From: an uncultured Pelagibacteraceae bacterium | GTDB taxonomy: Bacteria > Pseudomonadota > Alphaproteobacteria > Pelagibacterales > Pelagibacteraceae | Direction of reading: 5' to 3' | Assembly: GCA_902631255.1 (NCBI GenBank) | Contig: CACOXS010000003.1 | Location: 5,692 to 69,691, forward strand | DNA: 64,000 nt | In this document: one piece after another, positions 36,417-47,174 of the stretch | Layout of the letters: each line of letters opens with the position of its first letter | Position numbering within the stretch: the first letter of the stretch is position 1 | The notes under the pieces: generated by a model | What the model was told of the DNA's origin: nothing | Seen by the model: only the letters and a program-made list of their open reading frames with translations | Databases searched by the model: none | Made by a program: the position numbers and the translations under genes

Positions 36417-36542
36417 ATGTCCTCAAAGAGAGCAATGAAACAAGCACAAAAACAAGCTTATGCAAGACACAGAAGTAACATTACTCAAAATCGATTTGGT
36501 CAAAAAAAAAGAAACTTTACAAAAAAAGGTAAAAAAAATTAA
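36417..36542 (+). CDS. 41-aa basic peptide (not in ORF track)
   Basis: MSSKRAMKQAQKQAYARHRSNITQNRFGQKKRNFTKKGKKN*; fills the gap, 4-nt stop overlap with the convergent gene. Confidence 0.55.
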   Translation: MSSKRAMKQAQKQAYARHRSNITQNRFGQKKRNFTKKGKKN

Positions 36543-36961
36543 CTTTCACTATCAAATTTTTCCACTTTTTTACATGTAGAAATTTTAGAAATTCCCTCTT
36601 CATCATTTAAAACAGTTTTCATATAAATTTCTTGTTTGCCTTTTTCAAAAAGTATTTGAGTATAAAATTGTGGATATCCATGTTTGTGAGTTAAAATTTT
36701 TCCATTTTCCTCGTAAATATTTCTTACATATGAGTTTGATTTTTTTACACTGAGATCTGTTAATCTGTATTTTTGATAAGTTTTTTCTTTGTACACATAG
36801 TTTCTGACCATGATTAATTGATTTAAATTAAGTATGTACTCATTTTTTAAAAACTCATCTTGTTTGTCGTCACAAGCGCTCATTACTATGATCTCAGATT
36901 TTGCACTTTGTATGGGTAAAATGAGTAATAAAAAAATGATAAAATATTTAACTTTTTTCAT
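36539..36961 (-). CDS. Hypothetical exported protein
   Basis: Signal peptide, two Cys, 140 aa. Confidence 0.7.
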   Translation of the reverse strand: MKKVKYFIIFLLLILPIQSAKSEIIVMSACDDKQDEFLKNEYILNLNQLIMVRNYVYKEKTYQKYRLTDLSVKKSNSYVRNIYEENGKILTHKHGYPQFYTQILFEKGKQEIYMKTVLNDEEGISKISTCKKVEKFDSES

Positions 36962-37121
36962 GTTTGTCAGCTAAAAATAAACTTATTAAAAATATAGCTG
37001 TCCAGCCAAGTCCCAAAAGACCTTTATATACATTGGTGTCTGCACTCCATATTTTAAGAAATATAGCTCCAAAGATAAGGCCTATTATGTAAATAATTGA
37101 TACTATTGTAGTTCTACTCAT
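36948..37121 (-). CDS. 57-aa two-TM microprotein (not in ORF track)
   Basis: MSRTTIVSIIYIIGLIFGAIFLKIWSADTNVYKGLLGLGWTAIFLISLFLADKHEKS*; overlaps both neighbours, suggesting translational coupling. Confidence 0.7.
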   Translation of the reverse strand: MSRTTIVSIIYIIGLIFGAIFLKIWSADTNVYKGLLGLGWTAIFLISLFLADKHEKS

Positions 37122-37365
37122 TTTTTAAACTTTTTTTAAAAAGAGAAATACCATTTTCAATTTTATATGTATAGGACTCTTCAAAACTTTCTAATTGCCA
37201 TCCAGACAATCTAGCTTTAATTGTTTTAAGATTTTCTATTTTCCATTGATCTGAAGTATTCTCTTGTTTCCAAATTTTTTTTTCATTATTATTTCTGCCA
37301 CAGCCATAACAATATCCAGTTTTAGGATCAGTTTTACAAATACTTATACATGGCGAAACAATCAT
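37114..37365 (-). CDS. DUF1289-family Cys-rich protein
   Basis: SPCISICKTDPKTGYCYGCGR..E...W; start taken at MIVSPC. Confidence 0.85.
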   Translation of the reverse strand: MIVSPCISICKTDPKTGYCYGCGRNNNEKKIWKQENTSDQWKIENLKTIKARLSGWQLESFEESYTYKIENGISLFKKSLKNE

Positions 37366-37454
37366 AATAATCATTATAGAGGAAATATTATAAATTTTAC
37401 AACAAATGTCGTTGGACAAATAGTTTCAATAATATATAAAACTTCAAGAATTGT

Positions 37455-37539
37455 GGGGCGATGGCGGAATTGGTAGACGCGTCGGTCTTAGGAACCGATA
37501 GAGCAATCTGTGAAGGTTCGAGTCCTTTTCGCCCTACCA
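37455..37539 (+). tRNA. tRNA-Leu(TAG)
   Basis: Acceptor GGGGCGA/TCGCCCT, anticodon arm TCGGT-CTTAGGA-ACCGA, long variable arm, GGTTCGAG, 3' CCA. Confidence 0.97.
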
Positions 37540-37549
37540 TCAAGAGATT

Positions 37550-38983
37550 ATGAAAGTAACAATAGAAAATAAAAAAGGTTTAAATAAAGACTTAAAAGTA
37601 TTCATAGATAAAAAAACTATGAGTATTCACATGGATCAAAGGTATGAGGAAATTAAAGGAACTGTAAACCTTAAAGGTTTTAGACCCGGAAAAGTACCAA
37701 AGGAAATTTTAAAAAGACAATTTGGAAAAGCAGTTTTTGGCGAAGTTTTAGATAAAGTTATTAAAGACACTTCAACTAAAGCTTTAAAAGAAAATAATAT
37801 AAAACCTGCTGGTCAACCTAAGTTGGATCTTAAAACTTACGGAGAAGATAAAGATCTTGAATATATTATTTCAGTAACAGAACTTCCAAAGGTTGAAGTA
37901 AAACCAATAGAGAATATTAAGTTTGATGAGTATTCAGTAAAAATAGATGAAACTGAGGCAGATAAAAGAATAAAAGAGATAGCAAAAAATCAACCAAACT
38001 TTAAAGAAGCTCCAAAAGACACAATTGCAAAAGAAGGTGATTTGGTAGCCTTTGATTATAAAGCCACTATTGATGACAAGCCATTTAAAGGTGGTGAAGG
38101 TAAAAATACACAATTAACTTTGGGTAAAGATTTATTTTTAAAAGGTTTTGATAAACAACTAATGGGTGTCAAAGTAGGTGATGAAAAAACTGTTGAAGCC
38201 ACTTTGCCTGAAAACTTTCCTGAAAAAGAATTAATAAATAAAAAAGCAAAATTTGAATGTAAAATAACTATATTAAAAAATCCTGAACCAGTAAAAATCG
38301 ATGATGAATTTGCAAAAAATTTTGGTGCAAAAGATTTGAAAGACTTAAAATCTTTAATTTCAAAACAAATAAACCATGAATATAAAAATTCTCTTGAGCG
38401 TTTCTCTAAAAATCAAATTTTAAAAGAGATAGAAAAATTTAATATAAAAGATATTCCAAAAAATTTAATTGATGAAGAAGTAAAGATACTTTCTCAAGGA
38501 ATGTCTGAGGAAGATGCAAAAAAAAGTAGGAAAAATTTTGAAGAAATAGCTAAAAAAAGAATTAAAGTTGGATTAGTTTTAAATGAATTTGGTGAGCAAA
38601 ATCAAATCAAGGTAACAGAACAGGAACTACAAGCTGAAGTTCAAAAACAAATTAGAATGATGCCAGGTCAAGAAAAAATGGTCATGGATTTTTATCAAAA
38701 AAATCCTTCAGCATTATCTAGCTTGAGAGGCACAGTCTACGAAGAAAAAATTTTAAAATTAATAAAAGAAAAAGCAAAACCAAACAAGAAAGAAGTTTCA
38801 AAAGAAGAAGCAGAAAAAATTTTAAAACAATCTCAAATGCAAGAATATAGTCATGCAAATGAGGGCAAAGAAAAAACCGAAAAGAAGGTTGAGACTAAAA
38901 AACCTACAACGAACAAAACTAAAACAAAAACCTCAAAAACAAAGTCACCAGTTAAAAAAACAAAAAAAGTTAGTAAAAAGTAA
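37550..38983 (+). CDS. tig: Trigger factor
   Basis: GFRPGKVP motif, FKBP domain; position tRNA-Leu-tig-clpP. Confidence 0.96.
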   Translation: MKVTIENKKGLNKDLKVFIDKKTMSIHMDQRYEEIKGTVNLKGFRPGKVPKEILKRQFGKAVFGEVLDKVIKDTSTKALKENNIKPAGQPKLDLKTYGEDKDLEYIISVTELPKVEVKPIENIKFDEYSVKIDETEADKRIKEIAKNQPNFKEAPKDTIAKEGDLVAFDYKATIDDKPFKGGEGKNTQLTLGKDLFLKGFDKQLMGVKVGDEKTVEATLPENFPEKELINKKAKFECKITILKNPEPVKIDDEFAKNFGAKDLKDLKSLISKQINHEYKNSLERFSKNQILKEIEKFNIKDIPKNLIDEEVKILSQGMSEEDAKKSRKNFEEIAKKRIKVGLVLNEFGEQNQIKVTEQELQAEVQKQIRMMPGQEKMVMDFYQKNPSALSSLRGTVYEEKILKLIKEKAKPNKKEVSKEEAEKILKQSQMQEYSHANEGKEKTEKKVETKKPTTNKTKTKTSKTKSPVKKTKKVSKK

Positions 38984-39015
38984 TTTCAAGTTGTATAAGT
39001 AAAACGAATCAACTT

Positions 39016-39627
39016 ATGACAAATAAAATATCTGAACACATGAGCACGTTAGTCCCTATGGTTGTTGAACAATCAAGTAAGGGAGAAAGGGCGTATGATA
39101 TTTACTCAAGATTGTTAAAAGAGAGAATAATTTTTTTAACAGGACAAATTAACGATAATGTTGCTTCTCTAGTTACTGCTCAACTTTTATTTTTGGAGGC
39201 AGAAGACCCTAAAAAAGAAATTTATTTATATATTAATAGTCCTGGCGGGTTAGTAACAGCGGGTCTTGGTATCTACGATACAATGCAATATGTAAAGCCA
39301 GATATTTCCACATTATGTATCGGTCAAGCAGCATCAATGGGATCATTTTTACTTTCAGCTGGAAAAAAAGGTAAAAGATTTTCATTACCAAATTCAAGAA
39401 TAATGGTTCATCAACCATCTGCTGGTTTTCAAGGACAAGCAACTGATATTGAGATTCATGCTAATGAAGTTTTATCTTTAAAAAAAAGATTGAATGAAAT
39501 TTATTCAAAACATACAGGTAAATCAGTAGACGAAATCAAATCTGCCTTAGAAAGAGATAACTTCATGACCGCTGATGCTGCCAAGTCATTTGGCTTGATA
39601 GATGAAGTGGTAGAAAAAAGATCTTAA
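39016..39627 (+). CDS. clpP: ATP-dependent Clp protease proteolytic subunit
   Basis: [33 protein letters not shown]. Confidence 0.98.
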   Translation: MTNKISEHMSTLVPMVVEQSSKGERAYDIYSRLLKERIIFLTGQINDNVASLVTAQLLFLEAEDPKKEIYLYINSPGGLVTAGLGIYDTMQYVKPDISTLCIGQAASMGSFLLSAGKKGKRFSLPNSRIMVHQPSAGFQGQATDIEIHANEVLSLKKRLNEIYSKHTGKSVDEIKSALERDNFMTADAAKSFGLIDEVVEKRS

Positions 39628-39716
39628 TACACAAGATATTGACATCAAATTATTAGAAACTTGATTAACATAAGTCTCTTATAATAGAGTAATTAAATTG
39701 ATTCGTTATAAAAACT

Positions 39717-40985
39717 ATGAATACAAATAACAAAAATATTTTATATTGTTCTTTCTGCGGAAAGAGTCAACACGAAGTTAGAAAACTTATTGCAGGCCCA
39801 ACTGTTTTTATCTGCGATGAGTGTGTTGAACTTTGTATGGATATCATCAAAGAGGAGAGCAAAGATACTTTTGTAAAACATCAAGATGGTTTACCTTCAC
39901 CAAAAGAGATTTGTTCAGTTTTAGATGATTATGTAATTGGACAATCTCACGCAAAAAAAGTTTTATCTGTTGCAGTTCATAATCATTACAAAAGACTAAA
40001 TTACGAAAATAAGACAAGTAAAAATGTAGAACTTGCTAAATCAAATATTCTATTAGTTGGCCCGACTGGATGTGGAAAAACATTATTAGCACAAACACTT
40101 GCTAGAATTTTAGATGTTCCGTTCACAATGGCTGATGCAACAACTTTAACCGAGGCAGGTTATGTTGGTGAAGATGTTGAAAATATTATTCTAAAGTTAT
40201 TACAAGCCGCGGACTATAATGTTGAAAAGGCACAACGTGGGATTGTTTACATAGATGAAGTTGATAAAATTAGTAGAAAATCTGAGAACCCATCTATAAC
40301 TAGAGATGTTTCAGGTGAAGGTGTACAACAAGCGCTTTTAAAAATTATGGAAGGAACAATAGCAAGTGTGCCACCACAAGGTGGAAGAAAACATCCTCAG
40401 CAAGAATTTTTACAAGTTGATACAACAAATATTTTATTTATTTGTGGTGGTGCTTTTGCAGGATTAGATAAAATCATATCACAAAGAGACAAGGGAACTT
40501 CAATCGGTTTTGGTGCTGATGTAAAAAATACTCAAGATAAAAAGACTGGTGAGTGGATGAAAGGTTTAGAACCTGAAGACTTACTAAGATACGGACTTAT
40601 CCCAGAATTTATTGGTCGATTACCGATGATTGCTACTTTGGACGATTTAGACGAAAAATCTTTAATTAAGATATTACAAGAGCCAAAGAATTCTTTAACA
40701 AAACAATATCAAGAATTATTTAAATTAGATGGTGCAAAACTAAGTTTTAAAGAAAGTGCATTAAAAGAAATTGCCCTTAAAGCAATTAGAAAAAAAACTG
40801 GAGCAAGAGGTTTAAGGTCAATTTTGGAAAATATTTTACTTAAGACGATGTACGATTTACCGAGTCAAGAAAATATTAAAGAAGTCATAGTTGATGCTGC
40901 ATCAGTAAAAGGGCAATCGCAACCAATAATAGTTCATTCAGAATCGGACGATAAATCAAAGTCTAACAAGACCTCAGCGGCGTAA
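39717..40985 (+). CDS. clpX: ATP-dependent Clp protease ATPase ClpX
   Basis: CSFCGK zinc finger, [23 protein letters not shown] loop. Confidence 0.98.
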   Translation: MNTNNKNILYCSFCGKSQHEVRKLIAGPTVFICDECVELCMDIIKEESKDTFVKHQDGLPSPKEICSVLDDYVIGQSHAKKVLSVAVHNHYKRLNYENKTSKNVELAKSNILLVGPTGCGKTLLAQTLARILDVPFTMADATTLTEAGYVGEDVENIILKLLQAADYNVEKAQRGIVYIDEVDKISRKSENPSITRDVSGEGVQQALLKIMEGTIASVPPQGGRKHPQQEFLQVDTTNILFICGGAFAGLDKIISQRDKGTSIGFGADVKNTQDKKTGEWMKGLEPEDLLRYGLIPEFIGRLPMIATLDDLDEKSLIKILQEPKNSLTKQYQELFKLDGAKLSFKESALKEIALKAIRKKTGARGLRSILENILLKTMYDLPSQENIKEVIVDAASVKGQSQPIIVHSESDDKSKSNKTSAA

Positions 40986-41011
40986 TATCCTTAATAAATA
41001 AGAAAAAGGTA

Positions 41012-41038
41012 TTGCAATATAATTTATAATATCCATAT
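41012..41038 (+). promoter_or_regulatory. Candidate sigma32-type promoter for lon
   Basis: TTGCAA-N15-CCATAT immediately upstream of the lon ATG. Confidence 0.35.
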
Positions 41039-41046
41039 TCATACTC

Positions 41047-43425
41047 ATGGACGTTAAAATTTCATTACCTTTATTACCGCTAAGAGACATAGTGGTGTTC
41101 CCAAGCATGGTGATTCCTCTCTTTGTAGGTAGAGATAAATCTATTTCTGCCCTTAATGAAGTAATGAAAAAAGATAAAAAAATTATTTTAGTAACCCAAA
41201 AAAATTCAGAAATCGATGATCCAAAAAAGACAGACATTTTTATGTATGGTTGTGAAGGTAGTATTCTTCAACTTTTAAAATTACCAGATGGAACTGTAAA
41301 AGTTTTAGTGGAAGGAATAAAAAGAGTTAAAATTTTAGATTTCAAGGACAATGAAAAATTCATTACTTGTGAATTTACTCACTATAATGATGTTTTAAGT
41401 AAAGATGAAGATTTATATCCACTAGCAGCAACAGCTTTAAGAAGATTAGAAAAATTAACATCAATTAACAAAAAAATTTCTAATGAAACAATTAATTCTA
41501 TTAAACAATTAAAAGATCCTTCTCAGATTGCCGATAATATTGCATCTCACATAACCGCAACTATTTCAGAGAAACAACAAATTTTTGAGACCGTAGATGT
41601 TAAGAAAAGATTAAATTCAATAATCAAGATAATGGAGAACGAGACTAGCATAATTGGTGTTGAAAAAAGAATTCGTGGCAGAGTTAAAACACAAATGGAA
41701 AAAACTCAAAGAGAATATTATTTAAATGAACAATTGAAAGCTATCCAAAAAGAGTTGGGTGAAATTGAGGATGGAAAAGATGAAAATACTAGTCTCAATA
41801 AAGCAATAATTAAAGCAAGAATGCCAAAAGAAGTTGAAAAAAAATGCTTACAAGAATTAAAAAAATTAAAAAACATGAGTCCAATGTCAGCTGAGGCAAC
41901 AGTTGTAAGAAATTATTTAGATTGGATGACAGAACTTCCATGGCATAAAAAAAGTGCTGTAGATATTGATCTTAAAAAAGCTTTAGAAATTTTAGATAAA
42001 GATCACTTTGGTCTAGAAAAAGTAAAAGAGAGAATTATTGAATTTCTAGCTGTTCAAAAAAGAATGGAAAAAATCAAGGGTCCCATTTTATGTTTAGTTG
42101 GTCCCCCTGGTGTAGGTAAAACATCATTAGGAAAATCAATAGCAAAAGCTACTAATAGAGAATTTGTAAGAATGTCAGTTGGTGGTATGAGAGATGAAGC
42201 AGAAATAAGAGGGCATAGAAGAACATACATAGGTTCTCTACCTGGTAAAATAATTCAAATGATGAAAAAAGCTGGTACAAAAAATCCATTAATTCTCTTA
42301 GATGAGATTGATAAAATTGGTAATGATTATCGAGGTGACCCATCTTCAGCATTACTTGAAGCATTAGACCCTGAACAAAATACAACTTTTAACGATCATT
42401 ACCTTGAAGTTGATTATGATTTATCTGATGTTATGTTTGTAACAACAGCTAACACTTTAAATATTCTTCCACCTTTATTAGATAGAATGGAAGTCATAAG
42501 ACTCGCGGGTTATACAGAAGATGAAAAAATAAATATTGCAAATAAATATTTATTACCAAAACAAATTAAAGATAATGGTGTTAAAGAAAAAGAGATGAGT
42601 TTACAAAATGACATTATTCAAGAAATTATCAGAAGCTACACGAAGGAGTCTGGTGTTAGAAATTTGGAAAGAGAAATTTCTAAAGTTGCTAGAAAAGTAG
42701 TGAAGAAAGTTGTTTCTGGAGAGGAAAAAGAAGTTAAGATTAATAAAGAAAATTTGTCAGATTTTTTAGGTGTTCCCAAGTTTAAATCAGGTGAATTGGA
42801 AACTGAAAATAGAGTAGGAATAGTTACTGGATTGGCATGGACTGAATACGGTGGAGAAATTTTGAAAATTGAAACTGCTACAATGCCAGGAAAAGGAAGA
42901 ATGCAAATAACAGGTAAGCTTGGAGACGTAATGCAAGAGTCAGTAAAAGCTGCAAAATCTTTTGTTAGATCTAAATGTTTAGAGTATGGAATAATACCTC
43001 CATTGTTTGAGAAAAAAGACTTTCATATTCACGTTCCAGAGGGTGCTACACCAAAAGATGGTCCATCTGCAGGAATTGGTATGGTTACTTCCATAGTATC
43101 TTCTATAACAAACATTCCAGTTAAAAGAGATGTTGCAATGACAGGTGAGGTTACTTTAACAGGTCAAGTATTACCAATTGGTGGCTTAAAAGAAAAACTT
43201 ATTGCAGCACATAGAGCGGGAATTAAAGAAGTTTTAATTCCTAAAGAAAATGAGAAAGATTTAGTTGATATGCCAAAAAAAATAATTGATGAAATTAAAA
43301 TAACCCCTGTAGAGTATGCTGATGAAGTTTTAAAGATTGCTTTAACTAAGGAGCTCAAAAAAACAGAGTGGGTCGAAGTTGATATTTCTAAAAAAGACGA
43401 CAAGTCTCAAGCAAGTATTCAATAA
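41047..43425 (+). CDS. lon: Endopeptidase La
   Basis: LPLRDIVVFP, GPPGVGKTS, PKDGPSAG. Confidence 0.98.
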   Translation: MDVKISLPLLPLRDIVVFPSMVIPLFVGRDKSISALNEVMKKDKKIILVTQKNSEIDDPKKTDIFMYGCEGSILQLLKLPDGTVKVLVEGIKRVKILDFKDNEKFITCEFTHYNDVLSKDEDLYPLAATALRRLEKLTSINKKISNETINSIKQLKDPSQIADNIASHITATISEKQQIFETVDVKKRLNSIIKIMENETSIIGVEKRIRGRVKTQMEKTQREYYLNEQLKAIQKELGEIEDGKDENTSLNKAIIKARMPKEVEKKCLQELKKLKNMSPMSAEATVVRNYLDWMTELPWHKKSAVDIDLKKALEILDKDHFGLEKVKERIIEFLAVQKRMEKIKGPILCLVGPPGVGKTSLGKSIAKATNREFVRMSVGGMRDEAEIRGHRRTYIGSLPGKIIQMMKKAGTKNPLILLDEIDKIGNDYRGDPSSALLEALDPEQNTTFNDHYLEVDYDLSDVMFVTTANTLNILPPLLDRMEVIRLAGYTEDEKINIANKYLLPKQIKDNGVKEKEMSLQNDIIQEIIRSYTKESGVRNLEREISKVARKVVKKVVSGEEKEVKINKENLSDFLGVPKFKSGELETENRVGIVTGLAWTEYGGEILKIETATMPGKGRMQITGKLGDVMQESVKAAKSFVRSKCLEYGIIPPLFEKKDFHIHVPEGATPKDGPSAGIGMVTSIVSSITNIPVKRDVAMTGEVTLTGQVLPIGGLKEKLIAAHRAGIKEVLIPKENEKDLVDMPKKIIDEIKITPVEYADEVLKIALTKELKKTEWVEVDISKKDDKSQASIQ

Positions 43426-43436
43426 AAAATTTATTC

Positions 43437-43556
43437 ATGGAATTATATATAATTTTATTAATTGTAGTTTTTGTTACTTATTATTTAACAAGACCAACAT
43501 CTAAAACAGAGAAAGATAATTTTAACTCTAAAAATAATTGGAGAGGTGGATTTTAA
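43437..43556 (+). CDS. 39-aa membrane microprotein, paralog B (not in ORF track)
   Basis: MELYIILLIVVFVTYYLTRPTSKTEKDNFNSKNNWRGGF*; 11 nt after the lon stop; homologous to 24513-24632. Confidence 0.7.
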   Translation: MELYIILLIVVFVTYYLTRPTSKTEKDNFNSKNNWRGGF

Positions 43557-43590
43557 AAAATTATCTTTTATTTATAACAACTAATTAATC

Positions 43591-43618
43591 TTGACCTTAT
43601 TTTACTAAAAGATATAAC
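43591..43618 (+). promoter_or_regulatory. sigma70-like promoter of the tRNA-Val/tRNA-Asp pair
   Basis: TTGACC-N16-TATAAC, 15 nt upstream of tRNA-Val. Confidence 0.55.
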
Positions 43619-43633
43619 CAACATTTTGGTTTT

Positions 43634-43709
43634 GGGCGGTTAGCTCAGTTGGTAGAGCATCTCGTTTACACCGAGGGGGTCAAAGGTTCGAGTCCTTTAC
43701 TGCCCACCA
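43634..43709 (+). tRNA. tRNA-Val(TAC)
   Basis: 76 nt cloverleaf; anticodon loop TTTACAC; GGTTCGAG; 3' CCA. Confidence 0.97.
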
Positions 43710-43723
43710 AAAGAATCAAAAGT

Positions 43724-43800
43724 GGGGGTGTAGCTCAGTTGGTTAGAGCGATCGCCTGTCACGCGATAGGTCGAGGGTTCGAGTCCCTTCACTCCCGCCA
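43724..43800 (+). tRNA. tRNA-Asp(GTC)
   Basis: 77 nt; anticodon arm ATCGC-CTGTCAC-GCGAT; 3' CCA. Confidence 0.97.
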
Positions 43801-43906
43801 CTTATTTAATTTAAAGCTGATAATCGTTATCAAATGAGCTGCATATTTTGAATAATGTGACCTAACACCACTTCATCTGGCTTTAAAAAATGATATATAT
43901 TCCACC

Positions 43907-44275
43907 ATGACAGCGGAATTTTTAAAAGATTATTTACCTATCATATTATTCCTAATTATAGCATTAGGACTTAGTTGTGCTTTTATAGTAATTAATTTTA
44001 TCTTATCTCCAAAAAATCCAGATCCAGAAAAGTTATCAGCTTATGAATGTGGATTTGAACCATTCCAGGATTCAAGAATGGAATTTGATGTCAGATTTTA
44101 TTTAGTTGCAATTTTATTTATTATTTTTGACCTTGAAATTGCATTTTTATTTCCGTGGGCAATTTCTTTGGGAAATATTGGTATCTTGGGTTTTACGTCA
44201 ATGATGATTTTTTTATTCATACTTACAATTGGATTTATTTATGAATGGAAAAAAGGTGCATTAGACTGGGAATAA
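43907..44275 (+). CDS. nuoA: NADH-quinone oxidoreductase subunit A
   Basis: [18 protein letters not shown]. Confidence 0.97.
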   Translation: MTAEFLKDYLPIILFLIIALGLSCAFIVINFILSPKNPDPEKLSAYECGFEPFQDSRMEFDVRFYLVAILFIIFDLEIAFLFPWAISLGNIGILGFTSMMIFLFILTIGFIYEWKKGALDWE

Positions 44276-44287
44276 AATTTTTTTAAA

Positions 44288-44803
44288 ATGAATAATAAAT
44301 TAGATCAAGTACCTGATGAATTTAAACAACTTGCAGAAGATTTTGGTAAGAATGGATTTATAACTACTTCATTAGAAAATTTAGTAAATTGGTCAAGATC
44401 TGGATCTTTGCATTGGATGACTTTTGGTCTTGCCTGCTGTGCTGTTGAAATGATGCAAACAGCCATGCCAAGATATGATCTTGAGAGGTTTGGTGCTGCT
44501 CCAAGGGGATCACCTAGACAATCTGATGTTATGATTGTTGCAGGTACTTTAACAAATAAGATGGCACCCGCATTAAGAAAAGTTTATGATCAAATGCCAG
44601 AACCAAGATATGTTATATCAATGGGAAGTTGCGCAAATGGTGGAGGGTATTATCATTATTCATATTCTGTTGTAAGGGGTTGTGATCGTATTGTGCCCGT
44701 AGATGTTTATGTACCAGGTTGTCCACCTTCTGCCGAAGCATTGTTATATGGAATTATGCAATTACAAAAAAAAATTAGAAATAAAGGATCTTTTAACAGG
44801 TAA
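44288..44803 (+). CDS. nuoB: NADH-quinone oxidoreductase subunit B
   Basis: [14 protein letters not shown]. Confidence 0.97.
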   Translation: MNNKLDQVPDEFKQLAEDFGKNGFITTSLENLVNWSRSGSLHWMTFGLACCAVEMMQTAMPRYDLERFGAAPRGSPRQSDVMIVAGTLTNKMAPALRKVYDQMPEPRYVISMGSCANGGGYYHYSYSVVRGCDRIVPVDVYVPGCPPSAEALLYGIMQLQKKIRNKGSFNR

Positions 44804-44804
44804 A

Positions 44805-45410
44805 ATGAATAATTTAATTGATTTAGAGAAAAAGATAAATTCAGAACTTACGACAAAAATCAATAAGACTTCTATTAAACATAATCAAATTTATGTTGAA
44901 ATTGATAAAGATGATTTAATTGACGTTGTCTTATTTATAAAAACAAACAAAGATACTAAGTTTAGACAGCTTATTGATATTACAGTTGTAGATTATCCTG
45001 AGGAAACCCAAAGATTTAAGATTGTGTATTTATTTTTAAGTCACGAGTTTAATCATAGAATGATCTTAAGTTATTCTATCAATGAAAACGAGCTTATCTC
45101 CTCTCTAACATCTGTATTTCCATCAGCTAATTGGATGGAAAGAGAAGTTTTTGATATGTATGGCGTAAATTTTAAAAATCATCCTGATTTAAGAAGAATT
45201 TTGACTGACTATGGTTTTGAAGGTCACCCATTAAGAAAAGATTTTCCTTTGACTGGTCATTCGGAAGTTAGATATAGCGAAGAAAAAAAAAAAGTTATCA
45301 ATGAACCTGTAAAACTAGAACAAAATTATAGAAATTTTGATTACGAAAGTCCTTGGGAAGGAACAAAATATATAAAAGAAATATCAAAAACTAATGACAA
45401 AAAAAATTAA
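44805..45410 (+). CDS. nuoC: NADH-quinone oxidoreductase subunit C
   Basis: [34 protein letters not shown]; start taken at MNNLID. Confidence 0.95.
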   Translation: MNNLIDLEKKINSELTTKINKTSIKHNQIYVEIDKDDLIDVVLFIKTNKDTKFRQLIDITVVDYPEETQRFKIVYLFLSHEFNHRMILSYSINENELISSLTSVFPSANWMEREVFDMYGVNFKNHPDLRRILTDYGFEGHPLRKDFPLTGHSEVRYSEEKKKVINEPVKLEQNYRNFDYESPWEGTKYIKEISKTNDKKN

Positions 45411-46569
45411 AAATTTAAATTTGAATTTTGGTCCACAACATCCTGCTGCCCATGGTGTATTAAGACTAATTCTTGAACTGGATGGTGAGGTTGTAGAAAA
45501 AGCAGACCCGCATATTGGTTTGTTACATCGAGGAACAGAAAAATTAATTGAAAATAAAACATATATGCAAGCCGTTCCATATTTTGATCGACTTGATTAT
45601 GTTGCTCCCATGAACCAAGAACATGCTTTTGCCTTAGCTATAGAAAAAATCCTAGATATCGATGTTCCAATAAGAGCACAATATATAAGAGTTATGTTTT
45701 GTGAAATCGGAAGAATACTAAGTCATATATTAAATGTTACAACTCAAGCTTTAGATGTGGGTGCTTTAACACCATCATTATGGGGATTTGAGGAAAGAGA
45801 GACACTAATGACTTTTTACGAACGAGCATCTGGATCAAGATTACACGCAAATTATTTCAGAGCTGGTGGAGTTCATCAAGATTTACCAGCTGGTTTAGAA
45901 AACGATATAGCGAAATTTTGTGAAACTTTTCCAAAAATAATAAATGATCTTGAGAACCTTTTAACCGATAATAGAATATTTAAGCAAAGAAATGTAGATA
46001 TTGGAGTGGTAACCAAAGATGACGCTTTAGACTATTCTTTTAGTGGTGTAATGATTAGAGGTTCTGGGGTCCCTTGGGATTTAAGAAAATCTCAACCCTA
46101 TGATTGTTATGATCAATTAGATTTTAAAATTCCAGTAGGTAAAAATGGTGATTGTTACGATCGATATTTATGTAGAATTGAGGAAATGAAAGAAAGTGTA
46201 TCAATCATAAAACAATGTTTAGCGAGGATGGAAAAAGGTCCAATTAAAACTTTTGATGGTAAAATATCTCCACCATCTAAAGCAGAAATAAAACAATCTA
46301 TGGAAGCACTGATACATCACTTTAAATTATTTACCGAGGGATATCGTGTCCCAAAAGATGAAATTTATACTGCCGTTGAAGCACCTAAAGGAGAATTTGG
46401 TGTTTATTTAATCTCAGATGGATCAAGTAAACCTTATAAGTGCAAGATAAGAGCGCCAGGATTTTCACATTTACAATCAATGGATTATTTAATTAAAGGT
46501 CACATGTTAGCAGATGTGCCTGCTGTTCTTGGTTCACTTGATATAGTTTTTGGGGAGGTCGATAGATGA
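45394..46569 (+). CDS. nuoD: NADH-quinone oxidoreductase subunit D
   Basis: [16 protein letters not shown]-terminal FGEVDR. Confidence 0.98.
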   Translation: MTKKIKNLNLNFGPQHPAAHGVLRLILELDGEVVEKADPHIGLLHRGTEKLIENKTYMQAVPYFDRLDYVAPMNQEHAFALAIEKILDIDVPIRAQYIRVMFCEIGRILSHILNVTTQALDVGALTPSLWGFEERETLMTFYERASGSRLHANYFRAGGVHQDLPAGLENDIAKFCETFPKIINDLENLLTDNRIFKQRNVDIGVVTKDDALDYSFSGVMIRGSGVPWDLRKSQPYDCYDQLDFKIPVGKNGDCYDRYLCRIEEMKESVSIIKQCLARMEKGPIKTFDGKISPPSKAEIKQSMEALIHHFKLFTEGYRVPKDEIYTAVEAPKGEFGVYLISDGSSKPYKCKIRAPGFSHLQSMDYLIKGHMLADVPAVLGSLDIVFGEVDR

Positions 46570-47174
46570 GTTTAAGAAGACCTGCAAAAAACCAACCTGA
46601 AAATTTTGAATTTAACCCTTCTTCACTAGAGGCTGCAAAAAGTATTGTTGCCAAATATCCAGAAGGTAAACAACAAAGTGCTGTGATGGCATTATTATAC
46701 ATTGCTCAAAAACAAAATGAGAACTGGATACCTTTAGCTGCAATGAAATACATCGCAAAATTTTTAAATATGCCATACATAAAAGTATATGAAGTTGCTA
46801 CTTTCTATAGCATGTATAATTTATCACCAGTAGGTAAATATTTTATTCAAGTGTGTACCACAACCCCATGCATGATAAGAGGTGCAAACAAATTAGTCGA
46901 GGCATGTAAAGAAAAAATTTCAGAGGATGAGTCAGTCCTTTCAAATGATAAAAGTTGTTCATGGATGGAAGTTGAGTGTCTTGGTGCATGTGTTAATGCA
47001 CCGATGATGCAAATTAATGATGACTATTATGAAGATCTTGATAAAGAAAAAACTTTAAAAATTTTAGATAAAATTCTAAATGGAGAAAAACCAACACCTG
47101 GCTCATATAGGGGAAGAATAAATAATGAACCAGAAAATAATAGAAAAACATTAATGGATTTAAAAAATGCTTAA
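46566..47174 (+). CDS. nuoE: NADH-quinone oxidoreductase subunit E
   Basis: CTTTPC and CLGAC 2Fe-2S motifs. Confidence 0.97.
   Translation: MSLRRPAKNQPENFEFNPSSLEAAKSIVAKYPEGKQQSAVMALLYIAQKQNENWIPLAAMKYIAKFLNMPYIKVYEVATFYSMYNLSPVGKYFIQVCTTTPCMIRGANKLVEACKEKISEDESVLSNDKSCSWMEVECLGACVNAPMMQINDDYYEDLDKEKTLKILDKILNGEKPTPGSYRGRINNEPENNRKTLMDLKNA

Noticed and set aside
37264-37476. 70-aa plus-strand ORF
   Set aside because: Antisense to the DUF1289 gene and runs into tRNA-Leu
37455-43800. Prophage or island integrated at the tRNA genes
   Set aside because: No duplicated tRNA 3' ends or integrase; flanks are core genes
43649-43837. 62-aa ORF from the ORF track
   Set aside because: It is a read-through of tRNA-Val and tRNA-Asp
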